Assembly (NCBI GenBank): GCA_965218425.1
Contig: OZ244621.1
Coordinates: 3,552,001 to 3,616,000, forward strand
DNA: 64,000 bases
Source of the DNA: an uncultured Candidatus Binatia bacterium
GTDB taxonomy: Bacteria; Desulfobacterota; Binatia; UBA9968; CAXXLF01
Direction of reading: 5' to 3'
The position numbers and the translations under genes were made by a program. Below, in pieces: positions 51,840 to 61,472 of this stretch (position 1 is the stretch's first letter; each line of letters opens with the position of its first letter). The notes under the pieces are model-generated. The model was not told the origin of the DNA and searched no databases. It saw only the letters and a program-made list of their open reading frames with translations.

Positions 51840-52541
51840 ATGTCTCATCCGCTGGTACCTGGTGACGAGTTTTTAGAAGAATTGGAAGGGTTGCGCAGAA
51901 ATCATCTCAAAGGTGGACTCTTGCGGCCGCGTGCCCACCATAGGACCAAAGAGGAGGTTGCGGAGTCAAGACGAAGATATCATCGAGGAGGGGACAACAA
52001 CCACCGTTTCGAGGGCGAGAGATACTTAAACTGTACGGATAAGGCTATTCGGCGCAAGCAACTCCGTAAACTGATCGACGAAGGGGGACAAACCACGGTG
52101 GGTGGGAAGACACCCAGCCATCCCACACTCGCCCGGTGGGAATCGGAGGAGTTTGGGTTAACCGATGAGGAAATCACCCGGTTGGAAAAGGAGGATTGCG
52201 GCCCCGAAAAGCTCATTGTGTGGGGCTGGCGCGTTAACATGCATCGCACCAGCGATTGGTCCGTAGCCATCGGAAGCTCCCTGGTGGGCGAGGGGGAAAA
52301 GAGGATTCCCGAGATCAGACAACATCTCCTGGACAATGTTAAGATATTGAGAAAAGAGTACGCAGAGATGGGTATCAAAGACGTGGAGCGGGCCCTGGCC
52401 TTTAAAATTGAACACGCCGACGTGGACGTGGACCACGCAGAGCTAGGAGCGGACGTGGTGAGAAGATACGTGAATACCCCCGAACTTCAGGACGAGATGC
52501 GTAAAGCTTTCTCGTTGACGCTCCATATGCACGGATACTGA
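51840..52541 (+). CDS. Heme-oxygenase-like putative diiron protein HDO-3, paralog of HDO-1
   Basis: NHRFEGERYLNCT, RKLIDEGG...PSH...GEGE...EHADVDVDH. Confidence 0.7.
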   Translation: MSHPLVPGDEFLEELEGLRRNHLKGGLLRPRAHHRTKEEVAESRRRYHRGGDNNHRFEGERYLNCTDKAIRRKQLRKLIDEGGQTTVGGKTPSHPTLARWESEEFGLTDEEITRLEKEDCGPEKLIVWGWRVNMHRTSDWSVAIGSSLVGEGEKRIPEIRQHLLDNVKILRKEYAEMGIKDVERALAFKIEHADVDVDHAELGADVVRRYVNTPELQDEMRKAFSLTLHMHGY

Positions 52542-52555
52542 TCTCTTCGATTCAT

Positions 52556-52619
52556 AAATTCGGTAACGAATTTGTCCGCCTTCGCAGAAGACCACGGCCG
52601 TAAGGCCGTGGAGGCTTCA
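52556..52619. other. Two GTAA-loop hairpins between convergent genes; second resembles an IS200/IS605 right end
   Basis: aaattcg-gtaa-cgaattt and gaaga-ccacggcc-gtaa-ggccgtgg-aggcttca. Confidence 0.5.
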
Positions 52620-52695
52620 TGCCCTCAGAACCTGGGCTGATCTTTCGACCCGTTGTGGGTCATGCTATTACTCTAGCCTATGGTCGATGTTGTTG

Positions 52696-54492
52696 TTAGC
52701 GTGGAGCCCGTAAGCGGCCACCCGTAAGCGGCAACGAAAGTAAAAGAATCACCCCCACGGTTACCACCATAATGACCGCCCCCGCCGATGCGGCGCCGAT
52801 ATTGCCGGCGTCCCAGGCATGCCAGACTCCCACCGCCAACACCTGATTCCTGGGACCCGAAAGAAATAGGGCCACACTGACTTCCCGAAAGGTCGACATG
52901 GCCGTCCAGATTGCGGCGAAGATCAGGGACGGCCTAATTAGCGGAACAAGGATGTACCAAATGGTACTGGTGGTAGTGGCCCCACATACGTGAGCGGACT
53001 CTTCCAGCTCCTGTTGCACCTGAATGAACGCGGCATTGGTGATACGAGTGGAATAGGTGATCCGTTCCATAAGAAGAGCGATGGCAATAATCGCAATGGT
53101 TCCGTTTAAGTAGAACCATGGCAACGATCGTTCCAGGAGAAGGGCCACGATAAAAAGGGCGAAGGCAAAGGCCAAACCCGGTATGGCGTGGGGCAGCATG
53201 GCGATATTGTCCATGAGGTGACGAGAGCGTACGCGGGTGCGCACCACTACCCACGAGATGGTTACGCTGAAGAATAAGACGAGAATCGGTACGATTACGA
53301 TTAGTTTCACCGTGTTCCAAACGACGTGGGATCCCCCAATGATGGCCATGAAGTATTCCGGATCGTAGTTGTTCAAGCTGGCTTTGGATAGGGCAGCAAT
53401 AGACGGCATGTGGACGTAGGGGAATAGGGACATCCAGCCCAGCACCGTCATTGGCATAATGGCTGCGAGCATGATGTAAAGGATGACAAATCCTAAAGCG
53501 GGATACTTGAACTTTCTGAGACCATGGGCGTGGGGCCGGTAACCCTTTCCTGAAATTACGGCAAATCGATGAGACTTTTCCAATACCCGGTGGTAAAAGT
53601 ACAGCGCCACCAGAGACGGCCCGGCGATGACCACCCCGTACACACCGGCTGCACCGTAGCTCACCAGGGTTGCCTCACCCGTAGCCGGACGGACCGCATA
53701 AAATAGTTCAGTGGCCAGAACGGGCGATTGGCCTCCCGCCGCACCCAGCATGGCCGGGACCTCGAACATGGATAGGGCGGTCATGAAATGGTAAATCGAT
53801 CCCCCCAGAACGGCGGGCCAGACCAGAGGTAGACCGACCCTTGCAAAAGTCCACCACCGATTCGCCCCGGATACAGCGGCCGCCTCTTCCAGGGAGGGAT
53901 CCATGGAGCGCATGGGACCAGACAAAAGGAAAAACATCGAAGGCGTCAGGGACAAGCCCATGACCCATGCCATCCCATAAGGGTTTGCCAGGCTAAGGGG
54001 AATGGACTCCAAACCCAATAGGCCCGCCAGGGAGTTATTGATGAGACCGATCCGTGGGTTGATCAGGAGGATCCAACCCATTGCTTTCACAAATCCCGGG
54101 ATGAGCACCACTACGGCTAGAAGGGATGTAAAAAAATCTCGAAAGGGTACATCCGTGCGGTTAAGCAACCAGGACAATGGTCCGGCGAAAACCAGAGATA
54201 CCAAGACCGTGCCGATTCCGACAATTAATGTGTTGGGGAGTACCTTGTTGAAAACATAGGGCCGAGCCAAATTTGTCCAGTGCTCTAGGGTGAGGCCGGG
54301 CTCGGTGGGAAGGAAAGGAACAAAGCTCATGTACAGGGTGACAAGGGAGAGAGAGACAATGCCACCCAGCAAAATCCAAGATACAAAAACCGGCATGGTT
54401 TGAGATCCAACCATGCCGCCAAACACTTGCCAATAGGGAAGGGCTCGGCCGGCACCTCCCCCCTTCGTAACAGTTGTTTGCGTATCTGCCAC
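52696..54492 (-). CDS. ABC permease (FbpB-like), paralog of 43717-45498
   Basis: EPGLTLEHWTN, FEVPAMLGAAGG, two EAA loops. Confidence 0.92.
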   Translation of the reverse strand: MADTQTTVTKGGGAGRALPYWQVFGGMVGSQTMPVFVSWILLGGIVSLSLVTLYMSFVPFLPTEPGLTLEHWTNLARPYVFNKVLPNTLIVGIGTVLVSLVFAGPLSWLLNRTDVPFRDFFTSLLAVVVLIPGFVKAMGWILLINPRIGLINNSLAGLLGLESIPLSLANPYGMAWVMGLSLTPSMFFLLSGPMRSMDPSLEEAAAVSGANRWWTFARVGLPLVWPAVLGGSIYHFMTALSMFEVPAMLGAAGGQSPVLATELFYAVRPATGEATLVSYGAAGVYGVVIAGPSLVALYFYHRVLEKSHRFAVISGKGYRPHAHGLRKFKYPALGFVILYIMLAAIMPMTVLGWMSLFPYVHMPSIAALSKASLNNYDPEYFMAIIGGSHVVWNTVKLIVIVPILVLFFSVTISWVVVRTRVRSRHLMDNIAMLPHAIPGLAFAFALFIVALLLERSLPWFYLNGTIAIIAIALLMERITYSTRITNAAFIQVQQELEESAHVCGATTTSTIWYILVPLIRPSLIFAAIWTAMSTFREVSVALFLSGPRNQVLAVGVWHAWDAGNIGAASAGAVIMVVTVGVILLLSLPLTGGRLRAPR

Positions 54493-54533
54493 TACTTTGG
54501 ATCTGTTTCTTTGCGCGGTAAATGCGGGCTCAG

Positions 54534-55675
54534 CTAGCGTCTCTGGGTCACGGCCGCTTTGATCTTGGAACGATATTTTCTCCCCTCGTCAGTGGCCCAC
54601 CATTTTAAGGTCGCCACCGTCTCAGGTGATTGTAGATAGGATACCAATCTGCTTCCGCTCTTTTTGATAGCGGCCTTAGAACGGTTGTCGATGTCGCTCT
54701 GTCCGAAAATCAGGTTCTCCTGTGGGCTTGCAGCCTGTAGAATCGTTTGCGCCTCAGGGGTGGTCATCCACAGAGACCAAAGCGTTGCGCCAGCGGGATG
54801 CCTTGAGCCTCTGGGAAGCAGATACATCATAGGTGAAAGGGGTGTGTAATCGGAGAACCAATGGAGGCCAACGGGGGCCTTAGGGTCACGCGTTTTCACT
54901 CCCCAATACTCGGCGCTGTTCATATAGGTGTAGCATATTCTTTCAACAGGATGCGGTTAAGGGCAGGTTGAAAACGCATGACTGCGGCAGCGTTTTTTCC
55001 GATACGATCCATGGTCTTGAGCCATTTGGATTTGTCTTTGTAAACTAAAATCCCCTGTTCGAAGATATCGGTCCACGGGGCGACGGTAAACTTGCCTTTG
55101 AACTTGGGGTCAGCAAGATCGATAATGCGCCTGGGGATGGTCTTCACGGAAGCAAGCTCCTTGTGGTAAACCATTACTTTGGTACGGGATCCCCAGATAA
55201 ACGCTTGACCCCCAACTACGGAAGGGCTCACTTGGTGGGCTTTAACTGTCCCTGAGGCCACCATGGGATTCACGGCGGCAAGCAGTGGCTTCCAGTTTTT
55301 TACCGGTGTCGCATAGCCTTTTTCCACCGTCACAATAGCGTCGTTGGCACTGCCGGTTAGGGAGTGAAACTGTGGTCTCCCGCCGGCTCTAAGGGTAATC
55401 AACATCTTGGCGAATTTGCCTGCCTGGTCACCCAATGCCACATTGATTTTGAGGTTTAGGCCGAATCTTTTGTTGAAGGCCTTCACAAGCTTGGGAACCC
55501 CGGGTCCCAACTGGGTGACGGTAGCCGTGTCGAGGGTGCCTTCCTTTTTTGCTTTCTCGATCAGGTCATTTAAGAGTTTTTTTCCTTCGGAATTGGCGGA
55601 CGCATGGATAATTCCAAATGATATAAAGGCAACTGTCGATACCGCGACCATGATAAGCTTCCCTGGGGCGTTCAT
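54534..55675 (-). pseudogene. ABC substrate-binding protein, paralog of 46101-47240, frameshifted near 54930
   Basis: NRILLKEYA|(YTY)MNSAEYW aligns with paralog NRLLLGEFAFFPGNFYHYL if one base is restored. Confidence 0.82.
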
Positions 55676-55734
55676 TGTAATCTCCTCAATTAGCGTGAAT
55701 TCGAGTTTTTTTGCGCCGGGGCAAAAGATTTACA

Positions 55735-56778
55735 CTAGGCATGGACACATTTCATATCGGTTACCGACGGGGCTTTAACATCAAACTTCATCCATGACTG
55801 ACCGTCGTCTTTGCTTCCATACAGCTCTCCGCCTCGAGTGCCGGCATATAGGACCTTTGGATCGGTTTCGTCGAAGGCAATGGCCTCGGGAAACCCTTGT
55901 GTTGCGGCGGCGAGGCCACCCTCAAGTTTTTGCCAATGGGTCCCGCCATCATCTGTCTTAACAATGAGCGACTCTGCGCCGGTATCTCTTTTTCGCCACT
56001 GGTTGGGTTGACCGTGGGCCAGCGCAGAAAAAATGACCTTGGGATTGTTGGGATGCATGACCAGGGGAACCGAATATTCCTGGGAGAACTCCATGCCGGT
56101 AGGGGTCCATTGTTCCCCACCGTCATTGCTCATGTAGAGGGCCTTGCCCTTGGTTTTACCTAGACGGCAATCGTGGCCTCCAGTGGCGATGAAGATGTTC
56201 TTAGGATTGCTGGGATTGATGACGATGGTGTGTACATCGCAATCCAGCTCCCTGTCCAGCAGTTTCCAACTGGCCCCGCCGTCCGTGGTCTTTAGAATAT
56301 AACCCACCTGAAGGGCGGCATAGATGGTTTTGGAGTCCTGGGGATCCACGACAATCTCCCTTACATGAGGCTCCACCGTTGCCACGGGGTAGGGAACCGT
56401 TGCTACAAATGGAATATCCCAAACCGAGTCGAATCGAGTCCAGCTCTTGGTGCCATCCCGACTGACAAAGATGTCGATGGGTTCGGTGCCAGCGTATACC
56501 GTGTTGGAATCATGGGGATCTAAGGCAACGGACCGAACCTTGCCCGGGCCGCGCTTGCCGTAGCAAAGCTTTTTCCAGCTCTCGCCAAAATTCTCACTAA
56601 ACCACACTCCGTCGCCACGGGTGCCGGCAAAGATCCGGTTGGGTGAAGCGGTATCCACCGCAACCTTGGGCACTTCCCACTCCTTCAGGCCGTGGTGCGC
56701 TACGTTCCAAGACTTGCCGTCGTCACTCTTTAGAGTCATGAGGCCTTTCTCTGTACCCAAGTAAAGTATTGAAGCCAT
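55735..56778 (-). CDS. BNR/Asp-box beta-propeller protein without signal peptide, paralog of 39781-40797
   Basis: Asp boxes; shared FAGTRGDGVW, GTEPID, EPHVR, DVH, TGGHDCR. Confidence 0.88.
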   Translation of the reverse strand: MASILYLGTEKGLMTLKSDDGKSWNVAHHGLKEWEVPKVAVDTASPNRIFAGTRGDGVWFSENFGESWKKLCYGKRGPGKVRSVALDPHDSNTVYAGTEPIDIFVSRDGTKSWTRFDSVWDIPFVATVPYPVATVEPHVREIVVDPQDSKTIYAALQVGYILKTTDGGASWKLLDRELDCDVHTIVINPSNPKNIFIATGGHDCRLGKTKGKALYMSNDGGEQWTPTGMEFSQEYSVPLVMHPNNPKVIFSALAHGQPNQWRKRDTGAESLIVKTDDGGTHWQKLEGGLAAATQGFPEAIAFDETDPKVLYAGTRGGELYGSKDDGQSWMKFDVKAPSVTDMKCVHA

Positions 56779-56962
56779 AGCTTTTCCCTCCTCCTATAAA
56801 ATCTATATAATTTTAGGAACATCGTTATCATGGAAAGTTTAAAGCTGTCAAGGGGAGTCCAGGATTTCGTCTTGGATGGCCGTGTAAGCAAATAGACGGC
56901 TTGACACCAGCACGGTCTATCATGGCATATAGGGATTGCTGATCCGATGGGAGGCTATATTT

Positions 56963-57772
56963 ATGGAAAAAACAGTTCTTACCATGTCGTCGGACCTTCA
57001 GCTGGAAGAGGGAGTGCCGGGCCTGCCGGCTGATGAGTTCATCGCCGGCATTTGGCTGGAGCGCAGGCGATACGTAAGGGAAGGCCGGATCAAGCAGCCA
57101 CATCCTTGGAGTGTTGCTTTAGCCGAGGGTAAAGTGTCCAGAGAAGCCGTCATCGCCTACGTGAAAAACCGCCATTACTTTTTGGCCAATATCAATCGCA
57201 AGGACGCCCAGATCATCGCCAACTGTCCGGTGTCGGAGGCCAGGCGACAATTGATGCGGAAATACATCGATGAGGAGGGCCAGGATATCGTAGGAGGACA
57301 ATTGGGTCCCCATTACGAGATGTGGGTCAAAGTGGCGGAGGGGTTTGGCGTCTCCAGGGATGAGCTGAACAGTTTCAAAGATGTTTTGCCGGCCTACCGT
57401 TACACGGTGGACGCCGTCTTTAACTTTGCCAAGCACCATGGTTGGCTGGAAGGACTGGCCGCCACTTATGCTACGGAAGGGCAAATGTGGAGGCGTTATA
57501 CTCCAAAAGATGAGCACAAGGATACAAAGCTTCTGGGCGAGGGTGAGGCGCTGAAGAAATACTACGGCCTCCTGGACGGGGCGCTGGAGTTTTTCAATGT
57601 GCACAGTGACGCCAACGACGAGCACGGCGACATCTGTGAGAATATCATCAAAAAATACTGTACGACCCAGGAACTCCAGCGGAAAGCTCTAGCGGCAGCC
57701 CGGTTCAGGTGGGACAATCACGAGACGCGGCAGGATATTGTCTATCACTATTTCGTTTCAGATCGAAGCTAG
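56963..57772 (+). CDS. PqqC/CADD-like protein HDO-4
   Basis: HPW...NRHYFLANINRKDAQIIANCP...RR...IDEEG...PHYEMW...ATEG...FFNVHSDANDEH. Confidence 0.82.
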   Translation: MEKTVLTMSSDLQLEEGVPGLPADEFIAGIWLERRRYVREGRIKQPHPWSVALAEGKVSREAVIAYVKNRHYFLANINRKDAQIIANCPVSEARRQLMRKYIDEEGQDIVGGQLGPHYEMWVKVAEGFGVSRDELNSFKDVLPAYRYTVDAVFNFAKHHGWLEGLAATYATEGQMWRRYTPKDEHKDTKLLGEGEALKKYYGLLDGALEFFNVHSDANDEHGDICENIIKKYCTTQELQRKALAAARFRWDNHETRQDIVYHYFVSDRS

Positions 57773-57951
57773 AGGTATTGCTTCCCGTCTTGGTTGATCG
57801 CCGTCTCCCACCGAATTTGCGACTGACTCAAAAATGGCGGTGATCAACTCAACCCATCTGTGAACTTTGCCTGAAGGAGCGCACAGCATCAACTTGACAA
57901 GGTATTGGCGTAAAGCTATGAGGTATGAAAAGTCTATGGGGTCAATCCGGC

Positions 57952-58754
57952 ATGGCAACCCTTACAGAACTGAGAGATAGGGTCCGGGAAATGTACAAAG
58001 GGACTAAAACACCCTGGGCCTACCCTAGATTCCCGCAGCCACCGGAAGACTTTTTGCCCCCGGAAAAATTTCTTGAGGTGGTATCCGAAGCGGTCCTGTT
58101 TCATCACACCAAAATCAACCATCCGTTTTGTGTCAGGCTAGTGCGTGGAGAGTGGTCCAAGAGCCAGCTTCAGGCATGGGCCATTCAAGATTACCATGCG
58201 AAGGTCCAGACCCTTAGGAACGACGCCTACATCGTGGCGACGGCGTCTAATTTGGAAGAATTGCAAGAACAGCTCAAGGTGTTGATTTCTAAGTCGGGCG
58301 AGGATCTAGCGGGGGGAAGTACCCCAGCCACCCCGAACTCTGGCTGAGGTTTGCCGAGGCGCTAGGGCTTAGGCGGGAGGACGTGACAAAGTCTGAGCTC
58401 ACACCGTTGATGCAGGTGGTGCTGGACGCCAAGCGCTTTCGGTCCATGAAACAAAACGTGGGTGATCTTCCTGCGAATTTGAGGGTAGGGGAAAAGATCA
58501 ACTCTCTTGTGCACCCCATCTGGGCCGAAGCTTTTGTGGAGAAATACAAGATTGACACCAGTGCCCTGGATTTTTTCACCGCCCATGGAGAAGCGGACCA
58601 GGACCATGGGAAGCTAGGCGAGCAGATCGTTTTAAGTCGGGCGGTTACCAAAGAGGCCCAACGGGCCATCTGGCTGCATCTGAAGACGAGCCAGGGAAAG
58701 CAGTGGGTGACTTACGATGCCTTCTACCAGTCTGCTCTGCAGGCAGGTGAGTGA
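57952..58754 (+). pseudogene. PqqC/CADD-like protein HDO-5, frameshifted at G6 run 58311-58316
   Basis: INHPFCVRLVRGEWSKSQLQAWA in frame 1; one restored base gives GGKYPSHPELWLRFAEALG...FFTAHGEADQDH. Confidence 0.82.
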
Positions 58755-58795
58755 GTCTAGACTCGACTCCATGGTAAGAGGGGAGTTAGAATTAC

Positions 58796-59539
58796 ATGGC
58801 CGCAACCAAAAAGACCAGTGAAACCAGTTTGAAACAACGCCTGGTGGACGGGTTGAAGGTGTTGACGGGGGAGGGCGTTTTGACAGGCTCGGGCCACCTG
58901 AGCGTGCGAATTCCCGGCACAGAGAATTTTTTAATTAACCCGAGATTCCCCGGTGTTCTGGCCACTCCCAAGGACATCTGCACGGTGAACGCGGATGGAA
59001 AACGAATTGCTGGCAAGGGTCCTATCCCTTCGGAGACTCCGATCCACAGTTGCATTTACCGCGCACGGCCGGACGTAAAGAGTGTGCTACACTGCCATCC
59101 TCGTTACTCGATCCTCTTGGGGCTGCAGGAAAAAGGATTGATCCCCTTTAATCGTGAGGCGCGGATGTTTGCGGACGGAGTGCCGGTTTTTCCCAATAGC
59201 ATTGGGATCAACACCGACGGGTTGGCCAATGTGATGGTACAGGCCCTCGGTACTCACTACGCGCTTTTTCTACGTGCCCACGGTGTCGTCGTAGTGGGTC
59301 CGGGCATCGAAGGGACCTGCGTCTCGGCGATCCAACTGGAGCGTGCTTGCCAAGACCAGATATTGCTCATGAGCTTTACGAATCCGGTCCCCATGGCGGA
59401 TAAAGAACGGGGAAGGGTCGAGGCGCGGCTGGAGAATCCGTATAGGGCTTGGCCCTATCTCCTGTACAAGCACAAGGTGAAGTCCCCTGCACGGGTTCGT
59501 GCTTCCATAAAGACGCTCAAAGAGGGCGAGCACTATTAA
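58796..59539 (+). CDS. Class II aldolase/adducin family metalloenzyme
   Basis: SGHLSVRIPG, PSETPIHSCIYRARPD, VLHCHP, LRAHG. Confidence 0.92.
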   Translation: MAATKKTSETSLKQRLVDGLKVLTGEGVLTGSGHLSVRIPGTENFLINPRFPGVLATPKDICTVNADGKRIAGKGPIPSETPIHSCIYRARPDVKSVLHCHPRYSILLGLQEKGLIPFNREARMFADGVPVFPNSIGINTDGLANVMVQALGTHYALFLRAHGVVVVGPGIEGTCVSAIQLERACQDQILLMSFTNPVPMADKERGRVEARLENPYRAWPYLLYKHKVKSPARVRASIKTLKEGEHY

Positions 59540-59542
59540 ATC

Positions 59543-60303
59543 TCAGGCTCGGATGTCTCCATCGCCTGTGTGTGGCTTTCCCGTAAAAAAGCATGGGACC
59601 TCGCCCGCCGCGACCCGTTGGGCACCGCCGCTGTATCCGCGGCCGATGACAGGATCATGGGCCTTGAATTTTCTAAACAAGTCGAAGGCACGCTCCCAGT
59701 CCCACTTTCCGTTCTTGCGCCACAGCCAGGCCAATCGACCGGGTATCTCCTCCGACGAACGGGACAACATGGTTTTACCCTTCCATTTTGGATCGCCCAT
59801 CTCTTCCCAGGTTTTTGGCACGTCCTTAGGCGATACGAGATCCGTGTTATACATCACTTGTACTCTGGGGTTCCCCAATCCCCCCACGTATAGCCCATGG
59901 GGAGGTTGACTACCCCGAACAAAATCCTTGAGATGAGGGCATGTGTTTTTGGCAAGAAGATTTCGTCTCACGAAGATCTCCGAACCATCCTCACTGATAC
60001 CCGCCCAATCGATGGTCAAGCGCCCGGCCTTTGCCTCGAGAGACACTCGGTTGACGGTATCTTTGGTGTTCATCTCGATATCCTTGATAGTCATAAAGGG
60101 GTATCTCTTTCGGAACCCTTTTAAATCTCGCTTTAGGTCCTCTGCGATGCTACCTGAAAGCACGAGGGTCCCTTCTTTCTTAGCCTTTGCAATCATCTGA
60201 TCCCGAAGAGAACCAGCAAAGGCGTCTGGTTGACTCAGGGGACCCCAATCATTAGAGCTAAAGCGAACAGGCTCAACATATAAAATCTCGTTATTCCCTT
60301 CAT
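59543..60303 (-). pseudogene. ABC substrate-binding protein, frameshifted in the signal peptide and C-terminally truncated
   Basis: ATG 60303 after AAAGGA gives MKGITRFYMLSLFALALMIGVP*; mature part (AKAKKEG...) is in the -1 frame; similarity to paralog 63289-64000 stops at AAGEVP. Confidence 0.8.
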
Positions 60304-60367
60304 GATTAGGCATCCTTTAAATAGCCAACGAAATCAATCTATGACAACGCTCTACATTATTTGTTAT

Positions 60368-61471
60368 TTAGGAAGAGCTGGCTATGACACGGCAGCGCTC
60401 GGGTGCCAGGTAGATGTTCACGTTTTTTCCTGGTTCTAATGAAGTGGATGGGTGGACTTTCATCCGTAGCCGCTGATCTGCCACCGACACCCAGCAGTCG
60501 AGCATCTCTCCAGTAAACACCACCGTGTCTACATGGGCCTCTAATACGTTATGATCAGGCCACGCCGTGCCTTCACAAACCGTGAGATCTTCGGGACGGA
60601 TCATTACCACCACCTCTTTGCCCTCCAAGTCATCCTCCGCCACGGCACAGCGGATGCCGCCGCTTTTTGTCTTGACCTCCCCCAGGCCATTTGGCCTGCC
60701 TGCGGACATCGCCCCAGGGAGAAAGTTGGCTAAACCGATGAAGTCCGCGACAAAACGGTTGCTGGGAACTTTATAAATATCCAGTGAAGATCCTTCCTGG
60801 ACGATCTGACCGGAACTCATGACTGCGACCCGATCCGACATGGTAAGGGCCTCTAACTGGTCATGGGTCACGTAGAGAGTGGTGATTTTCAGACGCTTGG
60901 CCAGTTCCCTGATTTCGAAACGCATATCCTCGCGCAACTTCGCGTCCAAATTGCTCAGGGGTTCATCCAGTAACAGTACCCGCGGCTCGTGAACCAAGGC
61001 ACGGGCCAGGGCAACCCTTTGCTGCTGGCCGCCGCTCAGAAAAGGGGCAGGGCGATCGGCGAAGCCTTCCAATTGAATCAACTGGAGTGCCCGCATCACC
61101 CGCTCTTTGACTTCCTTTTTCGGGACCCGCCGTTGGCCGTGAACTAGGGGGAAGGACACGTTCTGGAAAACAGTCATATGGGGCCATATGGCATAGGATT
61201 GAAAGACGATTCCGTAATCCCGTTTTGGCGCCGACACGTTGATTTGCTTCTCGCTTGAATAGACGAGTTGATCCTCGATCCAGATTTCACCCTCTTCAGG
61301 CTCTTCAAAGCCGGCGATACAGCGCAAGGTGGTAGTCTTACCACAGCCTGAAGGACCCAGCAGGGTGTAAAACTCCCCAGGCTCCACCTGGAAACTGATG
61401 CCACTGAGGGCCTGTACGGCGCCCTGATCCTGGGCAGGATAGGTCTTTTTTAGATTTGTGATTTTGATCAT
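60368..61471 (-). CDS. ABC ATP-binding protein (FbpC/PotA-like)
   Basis: GPSGCGKT, LSGGQQQR, LLDEP, VTHDQ. Confidence 0.95.
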   Translation of the reverse strand: MIKITNLKKTYPAQDQGAVQALSGISFQVEPGEFYTLLGPSGCGKTTTLRCIAGFEEPEEGEIWIEDQLVYSSEKQINVSAPKRDYGIVFQSYAIWPHMTVFQNVSFPLVHGQRRVPKKEVKERVMRALQLIQLEGFADRPAPFLSGGQQQRVALARALVHEPRVLLLDEPLSNLDAKLREDMRFEIRELAKRLKITTLYVTHDQLEALTMSDRVAVMSSGQIVQEGSSLDIYKVPSNRFVADFIGLANFLPGAMSAGRPNGLGEVKTKSGGIRCAVAEDDLEGKEVVVMIRPEDLTVCEGTAWPDHNVLEAHVDTVVFTGEMLDCWVSVADQRLRMKVHPSTSLEPGKNVNIYLAPERCRVIASSS

Positions 61472-61472
61472 T

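Noticed and set aside
49561..58754. PQQ biosynthesis cluster
   Set aside because: No pqqA, pqqB, pqqD or radical-SAM pqqE seen, and the PqqC DHDG motif is absent
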